Source: a virus | Lineage: Duplodnaviria; Heunggongvirae; Uroviricota; Caudoviricetes | IMG/VR virus record: IMGVR_UViG_2563366806_000004 | Span: 1 to 44,644 of that record | Length of the DNA stretch: 44,644 bases | Strand: one strand, 5' to 3' | In this document: positions 1 through 9,362 of the stretch, in pieces | How the letters are laid out: every line of letters starts with the position of its first letter | Position numbering within the stretch: the first letter of the stretch is position 1 | Notes under the pieces: model-generated | The model's database searches: none | Seen by the model: the letters and a program-made list of their open reading frames with translations, nothing else | What the model was told of the DNA's origin: nothing | Translations under genes and position numbers: made by a program

Positions 1-1284
1 TTACTTCTTCGCCTCTGCAACCACTTTACTACCCACGCCGCGGTTATTGTATTCCCACATGCGGTTGTAGTTAGTGTCATTCAGATTGCGCTGTATTTCG
101 TCGTTATCATCTACGCTGCCGGTATTACCCGCAAACGGACGATTAGAGATCACCGCATCGGCCCACGGTTTAGCCGTGTTAAAACCTTCGTTGATGGCGC
201 TATCACGGATCACCACCTGACCGTTGGTATTGGCATCAACATCCAGCGAGCGGCCCAGTTGCGCCACACCATCACCGAAAGCATTGAAACGGCTGTTTAC
301 GGCGAGGAAACCGTAGTAAATGTTGGACAGCGTAGCCGGTGCAAACACATACGCTTCTTGCTGAGTACGTGAGTTCACCACGCGGAATTCGGTGTTATCG
401 AACACCACTGCGCCGCGACCAGAAACGATATCCACATCCCCTTCAATGTAGCTGTTGGTCACCAGCGTACGCGGCTGACGATTCGTTTCCAGACGGTTCT
501 GCACACCGCTGTTGGTGACAAAGAAGGTGTTCTGACGACCGAGAATGTTAACGTTGTTAATCTGTACCTGGTCACCATCAGTACGCAGTGCCACCGCCGG
601 ATGGTTACCTGCATCTACGCTATCGCCCAGCGTGTTTTCGATGGTCAGATTTTGCAGTTGCAGGCCATTGTTTTGTGACCAGAAGACCGCAGAGCAGAGA
701 ACACCGATACTGTCGCTACGTTTGCTCTGGCAGCTATCGTACATATACCACGCTGGTTTACCTGGCATATATTTGCCGCGCGGGTTGACGTCGTGACGCC
801 AGTCGGCAGGGCTCATGCCACCATCAAGGGAAAGCCCAATCTTCACATCAATCGGTTTTTCACCTGTACCGTACAGAGTAATTCCACCCGGAGCGGCAGG
901 GACATATACCGTTCCCTGATACTCACCAGGCATCACGGCAATATACTGGCGCTTGTTGGTACGCTTGATAATTGCCGCATCTACCGCCGCCTGAATCGTG
1001 GTATGCGTTACACCTTGAGTGCCCGCCGGGCCGACAACAAATTCAGGTTGCGCAGGCAGGGTAATCGGGGAAGGATTCCACGCTGCAGCACCTGGTGTCA
1101 GGGATGCAAAATAGTGTTGAGCATCGAAATTCTGCGCTTCTTTTGCCGACAGAATCGGGCGAGAAGAGGTACCAGGCGCGGTTTGATCAGAAGGACGTTG
1201 ATCGGGCGGGGTTGAGCTACAGGCGGTCAGCGTCACGCCAAAAGCCAATGCCAGCGCCAGACGGGAAACTGAAAATGTGTTCAC
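1..1284 (-). CDS. ybhC: Pectinesterase-family lipoprotein YbhC (host chromosomal gene flanking attB-lambda)
   Basis: Complete 427-aa ORF with GTG start at 1284; N-terminal signal peptide with lipobox LTAC; sequence recognised as E. coli YbhC, the gene bordering the lambda attachment site. Confidence 0.8.
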   Translation of the reverse strand: MNTFSVSRLALALAFGVTLTACSSTPPDQRPSDQTAPGTSSRPILSAKEAQNFDAQHYFASLTPGAAAWNPSPITLPAQPEFVVGPAGTQGVTHTTIQAAVDAAIIKRTNKRQYIAVMPGEYQGTVYVPAAPGGITLYGTGEKPIDVKIGLSLDGGMSPADWRHDVNPRGKYMPGKPAWYMYDSCQSKRSDSIGVLCSAVFWSQNNGLQLQNLTIENTLGDSVDAGNHPAVALRTDGDQVQINNVNILGRQNTFFVTNSGVQNRLETNRQPRTLVTNSYIEGDVDIVSGRGAVVFDNTEFRVVNSRTQQEAYVFAPATLSNIYYGFLAVNSRFNAFGDGVAQLGRSLDVDANTNGQVVIRDSAINEGFNTAKPWADAVISNRPFAGNTGSVDDNDEIQRNLNDTNYNRMWEYNNRGVGSKVVAEAKK

Positions 1285-1330
1285 AGGTTGCTCCGGGCTA
1301 TGAAATAGAAAAATGAATCCGTTGAAGCCT

Positions 1331-1345
1331 GCTTTTTTATACTAA
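1331..1345. other. attL: attL core (15-bp lambda common core GCTTTTTTATACTAA)
   Basis: Exact lambda core sequence at the junction between host ybhC flank and the phage P' arm. Confidence 0.85.
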
Positions 1346-1425
1346 GTTGTCATTATAAAAAAGCATTGCTTATCAATTTGTTGCAACGAACAGGTCACTA
1401 TCAGTCAAAATAAAATCATTATTTG
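1346..1425. promoter_or_regulatory. Lambda P' arm with arm-type Int binding sites
   Basis: Sequence GTTGTCATTATAAAAAAGCATTGCTTATCAATTTGTTGCAACGAACAGGTCACTATCAGTCAAAATAAAATCATTATTTG recognised as the lambda P' arm, including tandem arm-type sites. Confidence 0.7.
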
Positions 1426-2489
1426 ATTTCAATTTTGTCCCACTCCCTGCCTCTGTCATCACGATACTGTGATGCCATGGTGTCCGACTTATGCCCGAGA
1501 AGATGTTGAGCAAACTTATCGCTTATCTGCTTCTCATAGAGTCTTGCAGACAAACTGCGCAACTCGTGAAAGGTAGGCGGATCCCCTTCGAAGGAAAGAC
1601 CTGATGCTTTTCGTGCGCGCATAAAATACCTTGATACTGTGCCGGATGAAAGCGGTTCACGACGAGTAGATGCAATTATGGTTTCTCCGCCAAGAATCTC
1701 TTTGCATTTATCAAGTGTTTCCTTCATTGATATTCCGAGAGCATCAACATGCAATGCTGTTGGGATGGCAATTTTTACGCCTGTTTTGCTTTGCTCGACA
1801 TAAAGATATCCATCTACGATATCAGACCACTTCATTTCGCATAAATCACCAACTCGTTGCCCGGTAACAACAGCCAGTTCCATTGCAAGTCTGAGCCAAC
1901 ATGGTGATGATTCTGCTGCTTGATAAATTTTCAGGTATTCGTCAGCCGTAAGTCTTGATCTCCTTACCTCTGATTTTGCTGCGCGAGTGGCAGCGACAGG
2001 GTTTGTTGTTATATGGCCTTCAGCTATTGCCTCTCGGAATGCATCGCTCAGTGTTGATCTGATTAACTTGGCTGATGCCGCCTTGCCCTCGTCTATGTAT
2101 CCATTGAGCATTGCCGCAATTTCTTTTGTGGTGATGTCTTCAAGTGGAGCATCAGGCAGCCCCCTCCTTATTGCTTTAATTTTGCTCATGTAATTTATGA
2201 GTGTCTTCTGCTTGATTCCTCTGCTGGCGAGGATTTTTTCGTAGCGATCAAGCCATGAATGTAACGTAACGGAATTATCACTGTTGATTCTCGCTGTCAG
2301 AGGCTTGTGTTTGTGTCCTGAAAATAACTCAATGTTGGCCTGTATAGCTTCAGTGATTGCGATTCGCCTGTCTCGGCCTAATCCAAACTCTTTACCCGTC
2401 CTTGGGTCCCTGTAGCAGTAATATCCATTGTTTCTTATATAAAGGTTAGGGGGTAAATCCCGGCGCTCATGACTTCGCCTTCTTCCCAT
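1419..2489 (-). CDS. int: Tyrosine integrase, lambda Int
   Basis: 356-aa ORF starting MGRRRSHERRDLPPNLYIRNNGYY, recognised as lambda Int; directly adjacent to attL. Confidence 0.95.
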   Translation of the reverse strand: MGRRRSHERRDLPPNLYIRNNGYYCYRDPRTGKEFGLGRDRRIAITEAIQANIELFSGHKHKPLTARINSDNSVTLHSWLDRYEKILASRGIKQKTLINYMSKIKAIRRGLPDAPLEDITTKEIAAMLNGYIDEGKAASAKLIRSTLSDAFREAIAEGHITTNPVAATRAAKSEVRRSRLTADEYLKIYQAAESSPCWLRLAMELAVVTGQRVGDLCEMKWSDIVDGYLYVEQSKTGVKIAIPTALHVDALGISMKETLDKCKEILGGETIIASTRREPLSSGTVSRYFMRARKASGLSFEGDPPTFHELRSLSARLYEKQISDKFAQHLLGHKSDTMASQYRDDRGREWDKIEIK

Positions 2490-2685
2490 TTCTGATCCTC
2501 TTCAAAAGGCTACCTGTTACTGGTCGATTTAAGTCAACCTTTACCGCTGATTCGTGGAACAGATACTCTCTTCCATCCTTAACCGGAGGAGGGAATATCC
2601 TGCATTCGCGCACCCATCGACGAACTGTTTCAAGGCTTCTTGGACGTCGCTGGCGTGCGTTCCACTCCTGAAGTGTCAAGTACAT
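2467..2685 (-). CDS. xis: Excisionase, lambda Xis
   Basis: 72-aa ORF MYLTLQEWNARQRRPRSLETVRRWVRE, overlapping the int start by 23 nt as in lambda. Confidence 0.9.
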   Translation of the reverse strand: MYLTLQEWNARQRRPRSLETVRRWVRECRIFPPPVKDGREYLFHESAVKVDLNRPVTGSLLKRIRNGKKAKS

Positions 2686-2900
2686 CGCAAAGTCTCCGCA
2701 ATTACACGCAAGAAAAAACCGCCATCAGGCGGCTTGGTGTTATTTCAGTTCTTCAATTCGAATATTGGTTACGTCTGCATGTGCTATCTGCGCCCACAGC
2801 ATCCAGTGGTCATAGCAGTCGTTGATGTTCTCCGCTTCGATAACCCTGTTGAATGGCTCTCCATTCCATTCTCCTGTGACTCGGAAGTGCATTTATCATC

Positions 2901-2929
2901 TCCATAAAACAAAACTCGCCGTAGCGAGT
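2901..2929 (-). terminator. Putative intrinsic terminator downstream of the 132-aa gene
   Basis: Hairpin ACTCGC-cgta-GCGAGT followed on the minus strand by TTTGTTTTATGG. Confidence 0.45.
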
Positions 2930-2992
2930 TCAGATAAAAGAAATCCCCGCGAGTGCGAGGATTGTTATTCACCTTTGACGGCAAGTTGCAGG

Positions 2993-3391
2993 TTAGCCAT
3001 GGTTAACCTCCTGCTCAATATTTTTAAGGTCATTTTCCGCATACAGTATTGCAGTCCTTGCTGCTCGCAACCGTGCTTTGGTGTTCTTTTCTTCGCGCTC
3101 AAGGTTGGCTACAGACTCGCGCAACTCATCACGGCGACGATGGAGTTGCTCAATCTCAGTGACGATATGCTCACCATCAGTAGCTACCTGCAGGATGTGC
3201 TCGAAGGGGTCAATAACGCAGCCGCACTTTGTGCAACGAACAACGCGATCAGTTTCACAAACCTCGATAGCCCGATGCTTACAGCTATGTTGTATGTAGT
3301 TTTTTCTGTCAGTTACAGTGATGTTCAGCAGTTTCTCTTCATTGCGCTTTGGCTGCACCAGAGAGATGACGTTGTCGCTTTCATTTTCCAT
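2993..3391 (-). CDS. Hypothetical protein with Cys/His-rich putative zinc-binding region
   Basis: 132-aa ORF; start overlaps stop of upstream gene (ATGA); CKHRAIEVCETDRVVRCTKCGC cysteine cluster. Confidence 0.55.
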   Translation of the reverse strand: MENESDNVISLVQPKRNEEKLLNITVTDRKNYIQHSCKHRAIEVCETDRVVRCTKCGCVIDPFEHILQVATDGEHIVTEIEQLHRRRDELRESVANLEREEKNTKARLRAARTAILYAENDLKNIEQEVNHG

Positions 3392-4191
3392 TACTTCGCC
3401 TCCAGCGGAGGTTCTGGTAGCGGCATCCAGTGAGTTGCTTGCTCAATACCATTACCCGGCTTAATCATTGCATCTCCGCGCCGAAAGGTGCTTCCGGTAT
3501 AGCGTGCGGAGCATATTAGCGGTTCAACCAGAGAGCTATCGAAATTCACCGAAATAAGCACGTTCTGGCCCTTTTCAGGCATTCGCTCACTACAGCTTAT
3601 CCAACCATCCGGAGTTAACGGAGAGTTGCCACCCTGAACAGTAGGCATATCCGGACCTTTGCGAATCGCCCTGGCAAGATCGATTTGGTCGTCGTACAAC
3701 CAGTCACCTGTTTGCGGATGATTGGCTTCTGCCAATTGTGCAGCCCATTCAAGGCCGTCTTTGTGACCTTGCAGATAGTCCAGCGGTAACTCATCACTAT
3801 TACTTACAGGTTCGGCCTGAAGCATGGCGGCGCGATAGGCGTTCCAGCCGACAGCTTTTCCGTGTTCAAACGCGCTGTCAAAGTCATCATCAATTTCCAT
3901 CGCAGCGGGCACAGATACCGGCGCTGGCGGGGAGGCGTAAAGCGGCGTTACTTCTCGCAGCGGGTCGGCATAAGCATTGCCACTATCGAAGCTGACGTTG
4001 TTTTTTGCCCCGCCTCCTGACAGCAACCACGCCACCGGCTCCGCTTCGAGCGATGCCAGTGCGATACGCGCATTATTAATCAGGAGGCTATCAGCAGGAG
4101 ATAAAACAACATGAGCGTTTCCCTCCGCATCAATTTCAGAATTCGTAATTTTTCTGAACAGCTTTGCCAGTTCTCTGGTAATAGTGCTCAT
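3391..4191 (-). CDS. DUF551-like prophage protein
   Basis: 266-aa ORF; C-terminal region DGWISCSERMPEKGQNVLISV...THWMPLPEPP resembles the DUF551 domain common in enterobacterial prophages. Confidence 0.55.
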   Translation of the reverse strand: MSTITRELAKLFRKITNSEIDAEGNAHVVLSPADSLLINNARIALASLEAEPVAWLLSGGGAKNNVSFDSGNAYADPLREVTPLYASPPAPVSVPAAMEIDDDFDSAFEHGKAVGWNAYRAAMLQAEPVSNSDELPLDYLQGHKDGLEWAAQLAEANHPQTGDWLYDDQIDLARAIRKGPDMPTVQGGNSPLTPDGWISCSERMPEKGQNVLISVNFDSSLVEPLICSARYTGSTFRRGDAMIKPGNGIEQATHWMPLPEPPLEAK

Positions 4192-4466
4192 GGGCGAATC
4201 TCCGTCCTGCCACCAAGTAAGCGGATTGCCACTCGTTCCCGGAAGGTAAGCGGTCGATGGTGTCCGCGGGCATTAACAATTTCAGGCTTTCCATTAGGCG
4301 GATAATTGACTCTGACCGATTGACCATCTAGCGCGTGAGAAGCCTCGAGTAGTGCTGACTTTAAGTGCGCAGGGCACTCTTTCTGCACCCGCTCGCCGTC
4401 TGAAATGACACCTGCAATCCCCTGAAGCATGCTGGCTAAATTGCTGAGATAATTTTTCACATTCAC
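4188..4466 (-). CDS. Hypothetical protein
   Basis: 92-aa ORF, start/stop overlap with neighbours in a tightly packed leftward operon. Confidence 0.45.
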   Translation of the reverse strand: MNVKNYLSNLASMLQGIAGVISDGERVQKECPAHLKSALLEASHALDGQSVRVNYPPNGKPEIVNARGHHRPLTFRERVAIRLLGGRTEIRP

Positions 4467-4903
4467 TCTCCTTTACCGGTGCCATAGGCAGATAAGCACT
4501 CTTCAAATCCAGCCTGATTATCCGTTTGACCAAAACTGAAGCCATGCTGAAGACCATGACGAAATGCGCTATCTTGCAATTTATCTGCGGTTTCGAGCTT
4601 CGCCTCCAGTTCTGCTATGCGCTCTTCATAGCGAGCACCAACCGATACGGCTTTATGGAAGGCTTCGCACCACTTTGACGATTGCGCCTGCGTCTTCTCC
4701 AGCTCATCCAGCAGCGCCAGCACGGTAGTGGGGTTTGCTGCGGAGTTCAGCGCGTTCAAGGCAGTGATATCTGCATCAAGCTGAGGTCCTTCTGCCAGTG
4801 AGATATCGAAAATGTCATCAGGCGGCATAACACTAAGGCGCTCATGTGCGCCAACTGCTGCCGCTGCGATTTCACGCAGCGCCTGTTTGTCGATGTTGCT
4901 CAT
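4463..4903 (-). CDS. Ead/Ea22-like protein
   Basis: 146-aa ORF starting [16 protein letters not shown], coiled-coil; resembles Ead/Ea22-like proteins of E. coli prophages. Confidence 0.5.
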   Translation of the reverse strand: MSNIDKQALREIAAAAVGAHERLSVMPPDDIFDISLAEGPQLDADITALNALNSAANPTTVLALLDELEKTQAQSSKWCEAFHKAVSVGARYEERIAELEAKLETADKLQDSAFRHGLQHGFSFGQTDNQAGFEECLSAYGTGKGE

Positions 4904-5655
4904 TGGACTGCCTCCTGGCGGTCTATGCGTTCAATTTCGGCCAGAATAAGTGCGCCAGCTTTCACCAGGTCACGGCGTGGATTTGTCGGCTTCCACCATT
5001 CTGGTGTCCACGGCCAGTCAAATGGAATGCGGTTAAATGGATGGATGGCATTCAGTACGTAGCATGAGGATGCCCACAGTAACTGCGATTTGCTGTACTG
5101 GTCATCATGCTCAGGCGTCCATCCCTCAGCTGATTGATGGCGTTGACGCTCTGCAATTACTGACTGAACGGCATTGGATAGCGATTTCACACCCTGCGCA
5201 CGCACTTCAGCCAGGAAAGCATCGGTGGCTGGGGTTTCTGGAATGGCGTCTGGAATAACCTCTGAGTAGACGCGTTCCATTGCCGACTCCCATCCGTAGT
5301 AACAAGCCGAATAGCCGTCGCGCTGGTAGCCGTGGTCTTCAACTCCACATCCCATGCCCTGGTCATGGTATTCAGGCTGATTGTCGGGATTAATGCAGTA
5401 TTCAATGACCGACTTCATCCCCGCATTCTCCGCTGCCAGCGCAGTGCACTTGGCCTCAAGGTTATCAATCGTGATTCCAGCAGAACGACACTCCCGCAAC
5501 GCCGTTTCTAGTTTTGATTCAAGTTCACCGAACTTACGGACAAGATATTCAGCGTTTGTTTCGTTAACCTTTAAATCTCGTGGGATGCATTTACCTTTCA
5601 GAAAACCATCCATCTCAATTAGTGACATTTGTTTCATTTTTTCCCACTCCGCCAC
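4900..5655 (-). CDS. DUF550-domain protein (Ea22-like family)
   Basis: 251-aa ORF; C-terminal [10 protein letters not shown]...[33 protein letters not shown] resembles DUF550. Confidence 0.5.
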   Translation of the reverse strand: MAEWEKMKQMSLIEMDGFLKGKCIPRDLKVNETNAEYLVRKFGELESKLETALRECRSAGITIDNLEAKCTALAAENAGMKSVIEYCINPDNQPEYHDQGMGCGVEDHGYQRDGYSACYYGWESAMERVYSEVIPDAIPETPATDAFLAEVRAQGVKSLSNAVQSVIAERQRHQSAEGWTPEHDDQYSKSQLLWASSCYVLNAIHPFNRIPFDWPWTPEWWKPTNPRRDLVKAGALILAEIERIDRQEAVQ

Positions 5656-5816
5656 ATCGCATTCAGATGTTTGTTTTGATTTACTGACGGAAAAGAATTT
5701 CTCTTAAGCAATTCCTCTCTCGATGGCATTGGCTTTACGCGTTGGCGAATAATCATTTCTGCCGGAAGAATGCCGGGATTGTATGCAAGTCCTCTCATGG
5801 TAAATTCCTCAGTCAT
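5634..5816 (-). CDS. Small hypothetical protein (start uncertain)
   Basis: 60-aa reading frame from internal ATG whose start overlaps the stop of the upstream 98-aa gene (ATGACTGA); alternative longer ORF 5634..5981 overlaps that gene. Confidence 0.3.
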   Translation of the reverse strand: MTEEFTMRGLAYNPGILPAEMIIRQRVKPMPSREELLKRNSFPSVNQNKHLNAMWRSGKK

Positions 5817-6105
5817 TACTGATAGCGCCATAGCGTGAGCGGTAATTACGCAGGCGCGGGTCGATATATTCAGGGAAGTGGGTATATGTGGCTTTGCGGA
5901 ATGGTCGGATTGATGTCTGGTAAATTCGCTCGCGTTCTTCTTTCTCTGCAAGCCATATACAATGGCGAAATTCCTTTTCATCTTTCGTTTCCTGCGGTAG
6001 AGACATTATCTGGTCGTAGTTTTTCCTGAATTTATCCAGCACCTCCGATACGGAATTGCCGGAACAGCGGCGCGGGTCATCCGCACCATACTGAGGCGCT
6101 GGCAT
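5809..6105 (-). CDS. Hypothetical protein
   Basis: 98-aa ORF in leftward operon. Confidence 0.45.
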   Translation of the reverse strand: MPAPQYGADDPRRCSGNSVSEVLDKFRKNYDQIMSLPQETKDEKEFRHCIWLAEKEERERIYQTSIRPFRKATYTHFPEYIDPRLRNYRSRYGAISND

Positions 6106-6118
6106 GATTTTCTCCTGA

Positions 6119-6598
6119 TTAAATTGCGTGAATAGCGTGACGAGGGAAGGGGAGAGTTACTGGCTCCTCGTCTGGGTAGATAGGTTTGTTATGTTTGTGC
6201 CACTCGACATGACATGACTTGCAGAGCCACATCACATCGGTTGGTTTACTGTAGTCGCAGTGGTGCGCCTGTGGTTTACATTCTGATCCGCAGCACTCAC
6301 ATTGTGGTGGTCGGATTAGCTTACCGTCGCGCAAAAAATTACCCACAATGATGTGGGCTTTTCTTTTCCATGGGTTGCTCTGAATGAACCGATTTTTGGC
6401 TGCGTTACACCGTTCTCTTCCGCGTTCCGATGATTGATATTCTCTCCTTGCTGATACTCGATGTGGCAATCCAGCGCGTTCTTTGTCGTATTCAGCCAGG
6501 CAAGCCCGGCAAGCGGCAGTTAATCCATCTCTGGATGCTCTTCTGATTTGAAAGTCCCTTTCTTCCTTCTGTTGATGGCATCTTGAGCAGATTTTCAT
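6119..6598 (-). CDS. HNH-motif endonuclease-like protein
   Basis: 159-aa ORF with Cys-rich N-terminus and C-terminal HHCDYSKPTDVMWLCKSCHVEWH HNH-type motif. Confidence 0.55.
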   Translation of the reverse strand: MKICSRCHQQKEERDFQIRRASRDGLTAACRACLAEYDKERAGLPHRVSARREYQSSERGRERCNAAKNRFIQSNPWKRKAHIIVGNFLRDGKLIRPPQCECCGSECKPQAHHCDYSKPTDVMWLCKSCHVEWHKHNKPIYPDEEPVTLPFPRHAIHAI

Positions 6599-6607
6599 AT
6601 TCAGCTC

Positions 6608-7081
6608 CTAGAACGGAATATCCGAATCGTCGAAGTTCATAGGTGGTTCGCTGTGATCCCCCTGCTGCTGAGGTTGCTGTCTTTGTTGCTGACCGCTATT
6701 TCGCTGAGGAGAAGACTGTTCATTGCCTCCTTGCTTGCCACCAAGCATTTGCATGGTTCCACCAACGCCCACGATGACTTCGGTAGTGAACCGATCCTGT
6801 CCGCTTTGATCCTGCCATTTTCTTGTCCGCAATTTGCCTTCAAGATAAACCTCAGAGCCTTTTCGCAGATATTCGCTGGCAATTTCTGCCAGTTTCCCGC
6901 TCATTACCACGCGGTGCCACTCCGTCTGCTCCTTTTGCTCTCCAGTTTGCTTATCACGCCATTGTTCTGACGTAGCAACTGTAAGGTTTGCAAATGCCGT
7001 TCCTGATGGTGAATATCTGATTTCTGGATCATGCCCAAGGCGACCAATAATGATCACCTTATTTACGCCTCTGCTTGCCAT
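6608..7081 (-). CDS. ssb: Single-stranded DNA-binding protein
   Basis: 157-aa [26 protein letters not shown]...TEWHRVV...DIPF; closely resembles E. coli SSB including the acidic C-terminal tail. Confidence 0.9.
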   Translation of the reverse strand: MASRGVNKVIIIGRLGHDPEIRYSPSGTAFANLTVATSEQWRDKQTGEQKEQTEWHRVVMSGKLAEIASEYLRKGSEVYLEGKLRTRKWQDQSGQDRFTTEVIVGVGGTMQMLGGKQGGNEQSSPQRNSGQQQRQQPQQQGDHSEPPMNFDDSDIPF

Positions 7082-7789
7082 TTATGCCGCCTGTTTTAGT
7101 TCGTTAACTCTGATGTTCATTACCTGAACGCATTTAGCCTGCGCCTCCTCGTTGCCAGCCATTAATTGCCAGTCACGCTGATAACGCTCGATGAGTTTTT
7201 TCTTGTCAGTTTCTGTTGACGCATAATCGCTGAAGTCTTTCAGGATTTGTTCGCAGTCAACCGATGGAGATTTCTGGTTGATATTTTCTGGTGATGGTTT
7301 GTTATCTGATGCTGGGATTGCCCATCCCGGAAGCGATGGAGGGAGCCAGTAAAATCCTGTTCCATCTTTCAGTTTTGCCCTGTGCCATCCCTGCTTTTTA
7401 TCGAGAGATGTTTGTGCGAAACCTTCCTCAAGGTTATACAGATACCGACCGATTCCCCACTGAACGGCAGCGCGCTTCATTGCACCGGAACGACCACCTT
7501 TGACGGCTTCTACCTGCGTGTTTTCAGCAGCATCCCATTTGGTTACCCATTCGGAATCAATCTTGATTGATATGCCGCATTCAACTCCGCCGTTGTTGGG
7601 AATATCGCGGTATTCATTGCGCCATCCTGCTTTGCCGCAAACATCGTCCAGGCGTTTCATGATTGCCCGGTTCGTGACATAAGCCAGCACCATAGCCCAC
7701 ACCTTGCCATCGCGTGTTTTACCGCTTTGCTGTATTCGCCATTCGATATCTTCAGGGCTGAATGGCTCATCGAATTTATTCAAATCCAT
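7082..7789 (-). CDS. Rad52/Sak-like single-strand annealing protein
   Basis: 235-aa ORF; region GGVECGISIKIDSEWVTKWDAAE...GAMKRAAVQWGIGRYLY resembles Rad52-family annealing proteins; occupies the position of lambda bet. Confidence 0.55.
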   Translation of the reverse strand: MDLNKFDEPFSPEDIEWRIQQSGKTRDGKVWAMVLAYVTNRAIMKRLDDVCGKAGWRNEYRDIPNNGGVECGISIKIDSEWVTKWDAAENTQVEAVKGGRSGAMKRAAVQWGIGRYLYNLEEGFAQTSLDKKQGWHRAKLKDGTGFYWLPPSLPGWAIPASDNKPSPENINQKSPSVDCEQILKDFSDYASTETDKKKLIERYQRDWQLMAGNEEAQAKCVQVMNIRVNELKQAA

Positions 7790-7797
7790 AATTCACC

Positions 7798-7986
7798 TCA
7801 GAATGGTAATTCGGATGGGGAGGAAAGAAATTCGCGCTCATTCATGCGCTCTCTTTGTGCTTGCCATAAACAAAGTTGTTTCTTTGATTTATCTCCCGCT
7901 TTACGCCAGTAACGAGCCTCAGCAATGTGATATTCTCTTTTTAATCGACTTAACTCTGGAGTTTTCGCCAGCTCTACCGGAATCAT
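7798..7986 (-). CDS. Hypothetical protein
   Basis: 62-aa basic ORF between the annealing-protein gene and the kil-like gene. Confidence 0.4.
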   Translation of the reverse strand: MIPVELAKTPELSRLKREYHIAEARYWRKAGDKSKKQLCLWQAQRERMNEREFLSSPSELPF

Positions 7987-8096
7987 TTAGACCTCCATTT
8001 TCTGTAGGCTTCGACGGCCTCACGAAACATCTTTTCATCGCCAATAAAAGTGGCGATAGTGAATTTAGTCTGAATAGCCATAAGTGTTTTATCCAT
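7983..8096 (-). CDS. kil: Kil-like host-killing protein
   Basis: MDKTLMAIQTKFTIATFIGDEKMFREAVEAYRKW closely resembles the lambda Kil N-terminus (MDQTLMAIQTKFTIATFIGDEKMFREAV); an in-frame upstream ATG at 8186 would give a 67-aa form. Confidence 0.55.
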   Translation of the reverse strand: MDKTLMAIQTKFTIATFIGDEKMFREAVEAYRKWRSK

Positions 8097-8259
8097 TTTT
8101 TGGAACTCTTGGCTGATTAAGTACGTCGATGAGTCGTTTCCATCCGTCACGTAATTTACGGGTGATTCGTTCAAGTAAAGATTCATTTAGTTGGAAGGCA
8201 CCCATGCGAGCGCCTCCCGCGATTGCGTAAATCATGGGTGGTTCCTTATGTTGGTTTTA

Positions 8260-9228
8260 TTAGTAGGTTATTTTTGTTGCGAATACTTCGCCTTTTACGA
8301 TGGCTGTTATGATATTTTTAGCAACATCTTCTGATGCGCCAACCTTGATAAGGTCAGCAAGTATTTTGTTATTTACTTCTTTCCGGTGAGCTTTATCCTT
8401 TGCTCTACGCTCTTCTTCTTCCTTGATTCTTTTTTCTTCTGCTATTCTGGCTTGCTCTTTTGCTTCAGCCTCGCGCCGGATTCGTTCAGCCTCCTCCTGT
8501 GCTTTTCGGCGTTCTGCTTCAATTGCCGCCTGCTTTTCTCTTTCAGCTCGTTCTGCTGCCTCTTTTGCTTCGCGCTGTGCTCGTTGCTCGGCTTCAATGC
8601 GTTCACGCTCTGCACGTTCCGCTGCGGCCTTAGCTTCTGCTTCTCGCCTTGCTGCTGATTCAATTTCGGCTTTTGCCTTTGCTTCGGCTTCTGCTCTGGC
8701 TTTCTCTTCAGCTTCTCTTTTTAAGCGTTCTTCATGCTCTCGCTTTTCCTGCTCCGCTTTGAGTCTTGCCTCTTCTCTTTGGCGGTCAAATTCGCGATCC
8801 ATCAAAATAGCTATTTCATGATCAGACTCAATTTGCTTTGCGAGAGCTTCAGCTGCTGCCTTAGCTTCTTCTTCGGCTTTAATCCGCGCCTGTTCCTCCT
8901 CATAATCAGTAAGAGGCTGGCGAGCCTTGGCTTTCAGTTCATCAAGGCGATCGCGCACTGTCTTGCGGTTGGCATCAATTAGCTTTGGAATTTCCTTCAG
9001 TTCAGCAACAAGGTCTTTGCCAAGACCATCGAGATATGTTTTCGTCTGCGCAACTTTATACGCCAGAGAAGCGATCTCCTTTCTGCCCTTTGCCGTTGTG
9101 ATATCAGGCACAAAGGACATAACTTCACGTTCAACCTTTTGAAGGATTTCTTCAATCTGGTCTGCAGACTGAAATACAGTCATTGCATTTGCTTTTTCAA
9201 TAAAAACTAAGTCTGTTACTTCACTCAT
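8260..9228 (-). CDS. Lys/Ala/Glu/Arg-rich coiled-coil protein (TolA-like repetitive helical region)
   Basis: 322 aa from ATG at 9228 preceded by GGAGGA; the track ORF extends to 9282 but would run through a terminator hairpin; ~170-aa low-complexity stretch of EAKAKAE/ERAERE repeats. Confidence 0.6.
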   Translation of the reverse strand: MSEVTDLVFIEKANAMTVFQSADQIEEILQKVEREVMSFVPDITTAKGRKEIASLAYKVAQTKTYLDGLGKDLVAELKEIPKLIDANRKTVRDRLDELKAKARQPLTDYEEEQARIKAEEEAKAAAEALAKQIESDHEIAILMDREFDRQREEARLKAEQEKREHEERLKREAEEKARAEAEAKAKAEIESAARREAEAKAAAERAERERIEAEQRAQREAKEAAERAEREKQAAIEAERRKAQEEAERIRREAEAKEQARIAEEKRIKEEEERRAKDKAHRKEVNNKILADLIKVGASEDVAKNIITAIVKGEVFATKITY

Positions 9229-9240
9229 ATATCCTCCATC

Positions 9241-9267
9241 AAAAAAATCGCCCTCACATCGGAGGGC
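9241..9267 (-). terminator. Intrinsic terminator upstream of the coiled-coil gene
   Basis: Stem GCCCTC/GAGGGC with 6-nt loop followed on the minus strand by a run of seven T. Confidence 0.55.
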
Positions 9268-9362
9268 AAAGAAGATTTCCAATAATCAGAACAAGTCGGC
9301 TCCTGTTTAGTTACGAGCGACATTGCTCCGTGTATTCACTCGTTGGAATGAATACACAGTGC

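Noticed and set aside
2822-3433. 203-aa plus-strand ORF opposite the 132-aa gene, and 66-aa minus ORF 2784..2984
   Set aside because: The plus ORF is antisense to leftward genes; the 66-aa minus ORF spans the terminator hairpin at 2901..2929 and has no RBS
8400-8800. Periodic nucleotide repeats that could be mistaken for a CRISPR or tandem-repeat array
   Set aside because: Periodicity follows codon-level Lys/Ala/Glu/Arg repeats within one continuous ORF; no repeat-spacer structure
8386-8821. Plus-strand ORFs rich in Ser/Cys/Phe/Leu overlapping the coiled-coil gene
   Set aside because: Produced by the periodic nucleotide repeat read in the wrong strand and frame; low-complexity translation; no start context
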